A stretch of DNA of 63,652 nucleotides, counting the filler, from Octopus bimaculoides (taxonomy: Eukaryota), in the NCBI RefSeq assembly GCF_001194135.2. It is 9 parts of 9 records of this genome, joined end to end, with 100 filler letters (N's around TTAATTAATTAA, not from the genome) between each part and the next. Parts side by side here need not be neighbours in the genome. Positions count along the whole stretch, not along the records: positions 1 to 7,800 come from NC_068983.1; positions 7,901 to 21,625 come from NC_068999.1; 7 more parts are not named here. One strand, given 5' to 3'. Of the stretch, positions 1-12,430 are shown piece after piece. Below the pieces are notes generated by a model. That model saw only the letters and a list, made by a program, of their open reading frames with translations. It ran no database searches and was not told the DNA's origin. A program made the position numbers and the translations under genes. Position 1 is the first letter of the stretch. Every line of letters begins with the position of its first letter.

Positions 1-389
1 CATTACCGTTGGATTTTGGTTTATGCTTAATCTTTCTAAACAAGTTAACATTATCATCATCATTATTATTATTATTATTAGTTTTATAACTACCCTTACT
101 CCTATTATTAACACTATTAATTTTATTAATATTATTAACATCAACATTAGAGGAAGCAGAATCTGGATTAATATAGTATACCTTATCATTATATCCTGCT
201 TCCAACAAAGCAGAGTTATAACACTTTGCCTCATCTTCAAAAACCAGATTATTAGCGGATAGGTTAGACAATCTTAATGGTATACTATGAACTAAATTAT
301 CTATTATTGCTTTTGGATGATTACTACATTTACTAATATACCTAAGGTTAGTTGAAGGTTTATGATACGGCCTATATGAATTATTATTA

Positions 390-584
390 TGACAGTGGTT
401 GAACATAATGATACATGGACACCGCTAAGCGAGCATACGCCCAACTTATGACGTAGGATAAAATAGCGTTCATTCAGTATCATGGGACCGATGTCCAAGG
501 CTAACGAATATGTAGGAGTAAGATGTCCATTTGCGATTTTTTTAAAATCAAGAAAAGAAGAGAAAAGAAACAGAAATGTACTCA

Positions 585-623
<39 letters not shown>

Positions 624-945
624 AATATAACACCAGGACTTGATGGGGCAAGGAATCAATCCACCTATATGTGTGTGTATGTGTGTGTGTATTGAGCGAG
701 TGATTTATATCTGAAGTGCAAGATAAATTATTTACATTCTTCTTTTTTATTGAGTACATTCATGTTTCTTTTCTCTTCTTTTCTTGATTTAAAAAAAATC
801 GCAAATGGGCATCTTACTCCTACATATTCATTACCCTTGGACATCGGTCCCATGATACTGAAGGAGCGCTATTTTAACCTACGTCATAAGTTGGGCGCAT
901 GCTCGCTTAGCGGTGACCATGTGTCATTATGTTCAACCACTGTCA
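390..945. repeat. Long inverted repeat, two 200-bp arms (390-589 / 746-945) around a 156-bp spacer; MITE/foldback-like
   Basis: Manual alignment of arm 1 against the reverse complement of arm 2 gives about 12 mismatches in 200 bp. The ORF track shows the same peptide on opposite strands (304..759 -, 750..1106 +). No TSD seen. Confidence 0.9.
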
Positions 946-2668
946 ATATTTTCCAGAAAGGGGGAGAGATGTATAGACTGAGACAAAAATACAATTACCT
1001 CTTAAAGAACGGAGTGGTTACTTTATTTCCTCAAAATACTTGGATGGATGGCATGTATTCGAACTGCAATGGCAGGGGATTGAATCGTATGGCGAAAGTG
1101 AACTGACCTAAACCTCTATGAATTCGGTCAATTCACCGCCATAGCTTCCATTACATCACAGCACACACAGAGACACAGACACAGACACACAAACACATAC
1201 GCACACAGAAACACACACATACACACGCACACACATACACACGCACACACATACACACGCACACACATACATGATGGAATAATTATTATAATGCATGATT
1301 CTATCTATAAATTGCGAAATGATTAATTTTAATGATAGATATCAAGTTACGCATAGTTAACACATATTATATTTAAGAGAAGTATAATTTTATTTGTACT
1401 AATTTTCTCCAATTAAACAAGCATTAATTATATTGACATGTCAGGAATGTGAGCTTAATCTAACATTAGTGTCAATTCAGTCAATAAACACCGATATACG
1501 AAACTGTGTTCGGTAATCATTATAGCTGTTACTGCATGGCTTCGGCCATTTCATCTTAATCACCGGAAAATATTTCGTTACACGTTATTCTGGAGTTAAT
1601 AAACAAATTCAATCAGCAGTTTGAAAGGAATTAGACCTTTAGAATAACCAGGTTAAAGTAAGTTCCTAATTTCAAACAGAAATGTGTTTGGTATTTGTAT
1701 GAAATATTGTTTTTAGGGCTGAATTATACCCTTCTTTCCTAAAAATAGATCCAATTTGGACGAGGAGGAACTAATTATATATTAAATAGATGAGATTTCT
1801 TTCCAAATTAATCAGTGTTGTTCTTTGTATGAAATTCTTTAAAACAGGCAACAGGGGATGTCTGAGACATATTTAGCTTTATGTTGCTCAGCCACTTATG
1901 TATATACTTCAGACTGGATTTAGTACAAAGCTAGAGGTGAAAAGTTTACACGGTTGATGAAGGTCGAGAGGATAGAATTATGTAACTAGGAAAAATATTT
2001 TTTTATTAAATGAAAGCCACAGAAATGTGATCTGAACACAAAGAGGTCGTAAGAGGATTTGTCTGGCAGCCTATTGTTTCATTATAATTTTTGTCTCCAT
2101 TTTGAGATAGAGAGAAAAAAAAAGAAGATATTTGAATGAATTATTCACATCATACAACTGGAAATTATTGAAAGAAAACAAACCTGTCGTATATGAACCA
2201 AAAGGCATGCCGGTAAAATTAAAAAAAATAGTAAATAAAAACATTTTAAAACTTAAAACAGATCAATCTTTTTCAGGTAATATTTAACATTATCTTCTTC
2301 CTGAAAAACTGAAGTTGAATTATTTTAAGTTTATTGACAGGAAAAAATTACTAATATTAACCATGGAATATACGAAAATGTAAACAAATGCAAAGAATGT
2401 TGATGCGTTAATAATAGCGTAACGTTCAAGAATAAGCATTCTCGATGATGAATATTCGAAAACATTCTCAAACACTTACGGCTACTTCACTTTCCAACTC
2501 TCGAGTAGTGCACTTTACATAAGCCAGCTATGAGAGTGACTACATGACTTCTGGCTGCTTAAATATTTGCATGATATTTCTGTCGAGTCAATATCGCATT
2601 TCACCTACTTTTGAATGACTAAGTATAGCAAGTTGTCTTCTCCACAATCAGCACATGTAAGTCTTCTG

Positions 2669-2732
<64 letters not shown>

Positions 2733-3765
2733 TATATATTCAACCTATCTATATATATATATATCTATACATATCTGTATATATATATTCAGCATATTTA
2801 TATGTTTATTGATATACGATCCCACATTTAATGTAGACTGCATATATGTATGTATACAAGCGAGTATATATTGAACTGGCTTTAGAATGATTATCAAGGT
2901 ATGCATTGGATAGGTTGAAGAATTTGGTAGTCATAAGGTTTCTCTTGTGTCAAGTCAGCAAATCTTTCATGGTTATATCAATAGTTACAAAAATATCAAC
3001 AACAAACAAAAGAATAATTGTTATATTGGAACATTATTAGCAATTACCATTTTCGGGTGGTGCATTTGTAAAAACAGAGAGTCGGAAGAAATGTACAGTG
3101 TTTGTTACGTCTCTTGATATTCTGTGTTCAAGTCCTGCAGACGTAGCTTTGCCTATCCTCCTTTCCTGTGGTCGATCATAGGAACGGCCTGAGTGCTGGA
3201 ATAGTCAACCCCTAAAGTCTAACCCACTCCAAAAGATTCCAGGCCTTGTTCTTAAATCAGAATCCGCTACTTTTATGAGATAGACATTTTCAATCGCTTG
3301 ACCGACTGATTAAAGCACTTTGCAATAATTTGTTCCGATTTTTATCATAATCCGAGTTCAAACTCCGCTGAGATCAACTTTGCCTTTTATCGTTTCGGAG
3401 TCGATTAAATAAAATAACTTAAAACAGAGCTAAACAGCAGGAAATCTATACGTACACCAAGAGCGAGATGGTTGGAGGATCGCCAGAAGCTCAGTTCGTA
3501 CAAGTGAAAATGTTTGCTTAGAACTGTGCCAAAAGGACGCTTCCAGAAATAGTGAGCGAGGATGGATGAATGCATTGACCAACCAAGTATTGAGTCAATA
3601 TGGTATCGACCTAATCGCCTTCCCCAAACTGCTGGTCGTGTGCATAAATCAGAATCCATTATCATTCTTCCTTTTCTTTTTAAAACATTTCGACATGTGA
3701 CTACATGACTACATTTTGTATATGCAGTCCTGTACTATCCCAAGTATTTCTGTGAACCCTTAGTG

Positions 3766-3778
3766 GCTGCTGCTGCTG

Positions 3779-3843
<65 letters not shown>

Positions 3844-3891
3844 GCCGCCGCCGCCGCCATCATCATCATCATCATCATCATTATTATTATT
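3766..3891. repeat. Compound trinucleotide microsatellite (GCT)5(ACT)21(GCC)5(ATC)7(ATT)4
   Basis: Read directly. It explains the homopolymer ORFs at 3735-4002. Confidence 0.95.
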
Positions 3892-6119
3892 ACCTTCCAT
3901 CTCTTCAGGTTCGATAAAATTATGTTCAAAACAAGTAATGCGGACGACGGTACCCACCAACGTCATTACCACAAAATTGCTGGTATTGAGGTCAGATTAT
4001 AAAATTTTCTCTGCATTATTATATTTTCTTTAGTTCTACAAGAAATGTAGTAAAATTGACAAAAAATCGTAAAGCATTAATGATTATATCAATAATAATT
4101 ATTATTATTTCAAATAGGAAGAGTCATGTTTGAAAATACATTAGGTGATGTGAAAGTTATTGCATGATATGCAGTGACCGTTTGATTACTCAGTGAAGTG
4201 AAGGGGAAATGACATCAATCAAAGCAGTTGCGAGCGGTAAATGTTTGGATCTTCCTATCACACTATCACGTCAGCCGTAACTTCTTCCGTATTTTTAAAT
4301 CCATTCATATATTCAACTACGCATCAGTTATCAAGGGCGACCAGTAAAAATAGTCAGCACACAGAAAAGTAATACATAGCTGGTTAAAAACAGAAATCAT
4401 AAGAATGTTAACAAATTTGCGTTGTGTATTCAGTTAACAAGTATTAAAATTAATGTCGTAAAATCAAACAGAGATGAGTCAAAAGTATAGACTGCACGCA
4501 GTCATTCAGATATAACGTGCAACGACATAGACCTTCCATATATAAGCGGTCTTACCGAATAAAGAAAAATACACTGGACAATGTGTTACTTGATACACTG
4601 TGTTATGCGATCGAGTTGCCAATGGTGAAAGAATTTTGGTAAGAGAATTTTTAGTCAGAGCTTATCTGGAATAAACATATTCCAACCAGCATAAAATACT
4701 AATGCTCGAAGTTTTAGTTACGCGTCTGGCGATCAGATCTAACTCATTATGTATGAATTTTGTAATACACTACAAACAGATGAAATGAAACTACTTTTAA
4801 GCATCTATTTACATGTTTTAACTCACATTGCCATTCCATTAACAAAGATGTGTTGCTCGGAATCTTTGAACACATGAGACCGTCACATTCCATCTTGAAC
4901 AAAAATGCCACTCATTATAACATCTAGTGTAGTCTTATCCACAAGTCTAAATAAATTTCTTTTACAAGTATTCCTAATTGTACACGTTTTTCAGTATTTC
5001 GAAGCGAACAGAATCTACTCAATATCTAGTTACCATTCTGGTTCATAGAATCAGGAAATTTCGACAAAAATAAATTTCGTAAAACTGTGTCTAATTTAGT
5101 AACAATGCCAGAAATATTGTGGCTGTGGTAAATCGATGTAATCGACTTGAGTACTTGAACAGAACTATATATTATCGAAGCTGAAAGGATGGAAAAAAAA
5201 TTGGTGACCTTAGCAGACTTGAACTCAAATTATCAAGAACCGCAACAAATAATGAACGTTTTCCGATGCAATAACGATTCTGCTAATCCATTTCCCCAGC
5301 AGCGCAAATGAGAATGAATCTTTCAATATCATAAGTATTGTGCCACTAGAATCTTCAAAGTAGTACTAACGGATTCTTAAAACTTTGCTTGAGGTAAATC
5401 TCTCCCGATAAATCGATTACAATTTGAAGAATTAAACTTCTTTTGATGAAGTATAATCTACAACAATGGCAATGTGGATATGTATTATATCACATCCAAT
5501 TTGTGTAGATCATAGGGGCAAGTAATTGGTATATAAAGGAGAATCTTAAAAACTATGCAAATAATGAAAAGTAGTTGACCTACGACTAAATTGTTGATTG
5601 CATTTCTGTCTCTGTGACGTAACGTCTGTTTTGATATGTGAAAATTCCAAATTTAACAAATAACGTGTTTGTATCATATAGGTATTATAACATGTTTGCA
5701 TTATATTCAAATAAAGCAAAATACGTCGCAATAAAAGAAATGCTTAAAAAATAAGAGTTATTTTTAAACAAGAATTTGGTATGTTGATAAAATATCTTTA
5801 GTGTTTCGGCTCCAAGGGTTAAGGTATCAATAATACGGATTACGGTAGATGTTAGTTTATATACCTATGACGTTTTGTAATACCAGTGGAAGTGTAGAGT
5901 GGCAGGAATAATATAGCACGTCATTATATGAAAGTTGAAAACGTGTTGGCGAGACTTAATTGCAAAGACTCCATCGGTATACTATGTGATGTTATAGAAT
6001 ATCATATATGTATAGCAGTTGGTACAGTAAATATAGATCAGGAATACCTACACAGACGTCTGTTTGTAATTATTCAGGAAAAAGAAAAAAATCGCAATGC
6101 TAAATAAAAAATGAATGTT

Positions 6120-6154
<35 letters not shown>

Positions 6155-6790
6155 TGGTTCTTTGATCAAGTAATAATCTTCTATGAATCGATGGTATATT
6201 AATGAAAACAAATGGTATCATTGTACATTCAAAAATAATTAGCGGCAAATTACTGAAACAAATATTAGTGAACGTATGAGATATGTGAAGTCAAGTAAAG
6301 AATTGATATTTAAAGATTCATGAAATGAAGTGGAATTGATGGGGTTAATTAAGACAAAACAAGATATTTTCTCGTTTGCAATTAATAGACATGTTTCGTC
6401 TGTTAATGCAGTGTTACTAGTACAATGGATAATGACAATGGAAGCAACGCAAACGAAAACAGTAAGAAGTCTACGCTAAGTGCTTTGCTTTCAGCAATTG
6501 TAGAATAGATTGCATTAATTGTTAATGTTTAAGATATTGAAATGTAGAGGATCTGTAAATATGTAGAACTACAGCTAAATGCATTGTTGTCGTCGGGTCA
6601 TTATTGAAATCATTCGTACTCACATGATCACAGCCCGCATCTCAGTCAGATGCATTCATATACACAGATATCAAACATACACACATATATACATACGTAG
6701 ATACATACAGTCATACATATATAGGTGTGTTTATGTGTATGTGTGTGAGTGCATGTATATATTTATCTGTGTATATATGCATGTATGTAA

Positions 6791-6847
<57 letters not shown>

Positions 6848-6919
6848 TGTGTGTGTATGTACACACACACACACACACGCACACACACACACATACACAC
6901 ACACACACATATATATATA

Positions 6920-7400
6920 CGAGGCATACCCAAATGTAACCAGAAACGTTCTCTGTGCGACGATCAGGCATCAGTTAGTCAACCGGCGTCGTCGGGTGAA
7001 GTCGTACTGTCAAGTGGTGCGTTTAGTTTTGCAGTGCTTCTTCCCTGCTCGTCGATTTTTACGACATTCGAAGTGAAGAAACAACGCGCTTCCTTGAAAT
7101 TATTTTTGCTGTTGAGGAACACGGCGCGCAAAACAGTTGCCATGCTTCCAACAGCTTACTAGGATGTTGCTCTGAGTAAAACGCAAGTTCACGAGTGGTT
7201 TCTACGCTTTAGGAATAGTCACTTGTCGCTTGAAGACTAACCTCGTTTAGGACGACTCTCGGCTTCCGTAGGAATGAAAATAGGAAAATTCATGAGCTGA
7301 TATTCAAGGACAGTCAGCGAGCAATTGACGAACGTATTCATATGACAGGTGTGCAGTAAAATTTGTGCCTCACTTGCTCTTAGAAGATCAAAAGCAGTCA
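6920..7400 (+). mobile_element. Mariner transposon 5' fragment (decayed transposase N-terminus)
   Basis: Begins TA|CGAGG. Translation KQRASLKLFLLLRNTARKTVAMLPTAY*DVALSKTQVHEWFLRFRN...PRLGR resembles the mariner HTH region. It contains stops. Confidence 0.8.
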
Positions 7401-7484
7401 CAACAGTAGAAGTAGATCAATACCTTTTTTTTTTAAGTTCATCATCGGAATTTGCAGATGTGGCAGAGTTGGAGAGAAAAACGA

Positions 7485-7755
7485 CGGTGGTGTTACAAGG
7501 AAACACTCCGTAAGAGCTTCAGCTCTGCTCCGAATAGTAGAAAACATCTTGTCAGTGGATTTGGTAGACGGAAAATGAAAGAAGCCCATCGTATATATAT
7601 ATGCTTCTGTGTCTGTGTTTCCCACCACATCATTTGACAACCGATGTTGGTGCGTTTCCAACGGCGTAACGTAGCTGTTCGGTAAAAAAGATCGATAAAG
7701 TGAGTACTGGGTTGCTCCAGCGTCGCTGCAGTCAAGTGACTGAAACAAACGAATT
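7485..7755 (+). mobile_element. SINE family A, degraded copy
   Basis: Contains gtggatttggtagacggaaa.tgaaagaagccc and a ...gcagtcaagtgactgaaaca tail, shared with the copy at 62679-63095. Confidence 0.75.
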
Positions 7756-7756
7756 A

Positions 7757-7800
<44 letters not shown>

Positions 7801-7900
7801 NNNNNNNNNNNNNNNNNNNNNNNNNNNNNNNNNNNNNNNNNNNNTTAATTAATTAANNNNNNNNNNNNNNNNNNNNNNNNNNNNNNNNNNNNNNNNNNNN

Positions 7901-8052
7901 GGAGTGGTTGGCGTTGGGAAGGGCATCCAGCTGTAGAAACTCTGCCAAATCAGATTGGAGCCTGATGTAGCCACCTGGTTCACCAATCCTCAGTCAAATC
8001 GTCCAACCCATGCTAGCATGGAAAGCGGACGTTAAACGACGATGATGCTGAT
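7901..8052 (+). mobile_element. RTE-type LINE/SINE 3' tail
   Basis: ggaagggcatccagctgtagaaac...aacccatgctagcatggaaagcggacgttaaacga(tga)n. Related to the minus-strand tail at 9740-9880, which is attached to an RTE C-terminal peptide. Confidence 0.7.
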
Positions 8053-8683
8053 GTATATATGTATGTAAGGAACGACCGTGCAAACTCAAAAAGGAGAAAT
8101 GGTGACGAATGGAAAAACAGAGAACTTCTTTTATTTAAACGCGTCGCACGGTCGAACACAAAATAATATATCAAAGATGATATACATGATATGTTATGCG
8201 ACGATAACATAGATGACCAGTAATGAAAGACCACAACCGTATAAGATGAATAACAGAGATATTTATTATGGCGTTAAAGATGTATGTATGTTTGTGAGTG
8301 TGAAATGCGACATATAAGAACATAATCAAAGACAGGCCGTCATACAAAGAAAAGTGTGTATGTGAGTGATACATGTATGTGTATGTGAGTTATTACAACA
8401 AATAGAAAGAGTCAATAACACGTGAGCANNNNNNNNNNNNNNNNNNNNNNNNNNNNNNNNNNNNNNNNNNNNNNNNNNNNNNNNNNNNNNNNNNNNNNNN
8501 NNNNNNNNNNNNNNNNNNNNNNNNNNNNNNNNNNNNNNNNNNNNNNNNNNNNNNNNNNNNNNNNNNNNNNNNNNNNNNNNNNNNNNNNNNNNNNNNNNNN
8601 NNNNNNNNNNNNNNNNNNNNNNNNNNNNNNNNNNNNNNNNNNNNNNNNNNNNNNNNNTGGCATCGATGCCAGGCCGTGATTCT

Positions 8684-9295
8684 TGTTATACAGATGTTCG
8701 TCGCTGGCTGAGAACTCTCGTCTGTTTATTTATCGTGGTGAAGCTGAGTCACCTAACAGAATCGAAGAGAGAGATGTGCCGCGGAGGTTTGGTTTGGTGT
8801 ACATAGTAAGTCGTGTTGACGCTGGTGGTGATTGAGGCTGCTTGGTAGTAGTCGTAGAAACGTGTTGCTGATATGGCGACGGCGGTGGTCATCGTTGGCT
8901 GGACGAAGCTGTTGAAGTGGTCGCTGGCTGATTGTTGCTGCTGCTGTCGTGTGGTACACCGAACAGTCTCTATAGAGAAACTGGACAGAGACCAATTTGT
9001 TGGGTATGAGTTAAAGCTATTTATAACAAACTATCGGCTCCCGAAGGCTTCAGTTTAATACTCTATCACGTGACCTTATGAGGGGCCGTGATTGGTCAGT
9101 TTGCGTTCTGGCGGGAACGGTTCGAAGAATTTGCCGCTTCAAATAATAATCAGTCACGTGATGACAAGGTTGATGTTTTCCGCTACGTCCGCATTTGTTT
9201 ATATTTAAATGAGAAGAATGGTGATAGCAGTTTTGTATCTAATGGCGGTAGCTAGTTTTGTATATAATGGCGATCGAGGTGTTAGTTTCACTACA
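8684..9295 (-). mobile_element. LTR-like segment with Pol II promoter architecture
   Basis: The minus strand starts TGTAGTG, as does the Gypsy LTR at 48037, and ends TAACA. It contains short tandem repeats (9219-9275), two TCACGTGA E-boxes, CCAAT (9091-9095), TATAAATAG (9025-9017) and AATAAA about 35-40 nt before the end. No TSD found. Confidence 0.55.
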
Positions 9296-9739
9296 TGTAT
9301 GTATATCTATGTGTTTGGGTATGTGTGAGTGTGTGTGTGTGTTTGTGTCTCTGTGTGTCCCCCACGACCCCTTAACAATGAGTATTGGTTTGATTATGTC
9401 CTGTAACTAAACAAATCAATAGAATAAATGCCAAACTTAACAGAAAAAGAAATAATGGGGACAACTTGTTAAACTAAAACCCTTTAATGTGGTATTCCAG
9501 CAAGGCCACTGTTCAGTGACTGGAACAAAGTAAAAAGATAAAATGATATAAAATTGAGAATTTTGTATTTATATATATGTATTTTTTTTTATCTTGCCAT
9601 GTGAAAATGATGTGCTGCCATTTTAAACCCAGTGATAAATATCTAGGGTAGATTGGAGTTTCAGAGATATATTAACTAATTAGAGTATATTTAAAAAGAC
9701 CGAGAAGAAACAAATGTTCATGATGATGATGATGATAAT

Positions 9740-10040
9740 CATCCATCATCATTTAGTATCTATTTTCCATGCTGGAATGGGTTAGATGGTTTGACTGAAA
9801 ACTGGTAAGCTGGAGAATTGTACCAGGCTCCAATCTGATTTGGCTTGGTTTCTACAGCTGGATGCCATTCCTAATTCCAACCACTCCAAGAGTGGGTGCC
9901 TTTTACATGTCACCAGTACTAGCCTTGACCACAATTTCACTTGGCTATGTGTCTTCTCAAGTACAGTTAATCGCCAGAGGTCTCGATCACTTGTCATTGC
10001 TCCCATGAGACCCAACATCTGAAGCAAAGAGGACATTGAC
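9740..10040 (-). mobile_element. RTE-clade LINE 3' end
   Basis: ORF 9782..10036 - contains LQMLGLMGAMTSDRDLWRLTVLEKT (RTE C-terminus), followed by the RTE-type 3' UTR and a (GAT)n tail. Confidence 0.75.
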
Positions 10041-11519
10041 TTCCATTGCTAATCCCTTGGTCTAACAAAGTGAGAGTGTATAGACAGAAGTTACTCTTGA
10101 AAAGTTAGTTACTCCTCCCTACATGAAGATTAATGTTTCCTTCTCCACATAGCTAGGTCACTATTCTCCTTGCTGTAAGGTCACCATCATCTTCTCACTA
10201 CACCCAATAAAATGTTACTCAGCATTTTCTAATAATGATAATGAAGGAAAGGGGTGAATATGTGGGCAATAGTTACAGTGAAGTTGTCAACGTATTGATG
10301 TTAAAATGATGGTGATTTAGTTGATTTTATTAAATGGAGACCAGAGAGAGAGAATAAGTATTAGACTATCACACAATTTAAACACTGTTAGTTTATATAA
10401 TGAGACAATTTTATGGCCCTTTACATTGATTACCTTGATTACTTATTGATTATTTATCATCTGATTTTTTTTATTTGTTTTCCTGGATATTTTATTTTTT
10501 TATTCAGGAAAATAAGCTTTTTTGTTGATCATGATCAAACATGTATTTTCCTGATTGCTAACTCTTTGTCTATGCATGTGTATGTCTGTATACATATATA
10601 ATACCAATCTACCATATACATATATGTGTATATATATACATATGTGTATCTATATCTATATATATATATATATATGTACACATGCACATATACATGTATA
10701 AATATATATATATATGTGTGTGTGTATATATGTATATTTACATATATATGTGTCTATTAGTGTGTATGTGCATGTGTGTGTGTTATATGTATGTAGGTTT
10801 GTGTGCATATGTATGTGCATGCATATATGTATGTGTATTTTTGCATGTATGAATGAATCAGTATAGCACAGCACTATTCATGCACTCATAAATCATTTAA
10901 TTGTCCTGTTGTATGATTGATCAGTGAACAAACTAACATGATTGTTTTCAAAGATGATATTAGTTAGTTGCTTATATCAAACTGTTTAATGTCGATGCAC
11001 CAACAAACAATGGCTGCCAGATTTGATTTTTCTCTTGAAAGGAAATACAAATATAACTGCTTCTAATTTAACACTAGTAAGGAGGGAGTGCTACATCTAC
11101 CATACCCCCCCCCCCCATTACATACACCACACATTAAGTTGTGCAATCACAACTGATCTTAACACATGCTTCAACATGTCCAACAATCAGTTTTCCAGCT
11201 GTTGTCAGCACTTCCTTTTATTTTTGCTCAAATCCATTTCCAAGTCATAAACCCTAAATTGTTGGATAAAACTTATATAAAATATCCAAACTGAACAACT
11301 TCATTCCCAATTATTTAACATAATTAGTGCAATGTATATTTATAATGAATTTTCATTGAAACAATGTTTTTCAACGGTATGAGAGTTGCACTGAAAGTAA
11401 TGCAAAAGTAGGCATATCATTTTTATTAACTGGCATAAGCTGTAAAAACTGAACATGCAAATAAAACATTTCTTCTTCTTTAGTACCTCTTTTCCCTGTT
11501 TTATTTCATTGCAGGCTGA

Positions 11520-12430
11520 TAATGGGTTCCAAGCTGAAGCAACATACTGTTATTGAGTTCTTGCCAAAGGAGAGATGCATGCTGTTGGACATCCACAAAA
11601 GTTTGTTTCCAGAGATGACACCATTGACAATAACAATATGCAAAGATTGATGATGAAGTTTAAAGAAGGAAAATCAGCACTGACGACAAACTATGTGGTG
11701 GGAAACCATCAACTGCAATCACTCACATGAATCACCAGCAAGTGGACAAATTGATTTGTGCAGAAAGCTGAGTCACAACTGCTCCACAGCTGGTTGCACA
11801 ACTGATCTGTGGTTACAATGCATGACAGGAAATAATAGAAGGCTTTGGGTATTGGAAAGTGTGGACAAAGTGAGTGCCTCAGCAGCTGTGCCCCAATTTA
11901 AAAGTTGGAAGTCTACTCTGATCTGCTGGGAGCATTTGAAGCCAACAAAAACATTTTTTTTTTCTGATCTGGTAATAACTAATGAAATGTAGCTATATCT
12001 TTATGATTGGGAAATGAAGGCTCTGTCCATAGAATGGAATCACCTCTTCTTCAAGACCTAAGAAGTTCAAGAGCTAGACATCAGCTCAGAAAGTCATGGT
12101 GACTTATGTGGGATGACAAGGGCTTCTTTCTCTTTGATTTTCTGGAAGGTGACTATCTTGAACAGTGAGTGGTACATAAAAACAGAGACATTGAAATAGT
12201 TTGGAAGAGACCAAACAAGAACCCAGAAACAATTCACATTCACCATGACAATACATGACTACACATCTTTGACAACAAATCAGGCAATTGGCAAATTGTG
12301 CTGGTCAGCGTTTCCTCCCTCCACTCTACAACTTGGACCTGGTGCCCTCTAATTTTTACCTGTTTGGTCTAATGGAGGACAGTTTTCAAGGACAATGATT
12401 TGATGACATTGACAAGTTGATACCTGCCAT
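11520..12430 (+). mobile_element. Decayed mariner transposase
   Basis: Frame-broken motifs: KQHTVIEFL, KFKEGK.STDDK..GGKPSTA, HHDN(A), and DLVPSNFYLFGLM (the YSPDLAPSDF.LF equivalent). Confidence 0.75.

Noticed and set aside
4827-4946. 120-nt AG/GT-bounded minus-strand segment, open in phase 2 except for one TGA (candidate exon or Sec codon)
   Set aside because: The polypyrimidine tract is weak, there is no recognisable homology, and no SECIS was identified. It is compatible with chance.
7845-7856. TTAATTAATTAA islands inside N runs (also at about 21670, 31416, 45546, 49097, 54502, 57683 and 59955)
   Set aside because: The same 12-mer sits in the middle of gaps and gives stop codons in all six frames. 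It is an assembly linker, not biology.
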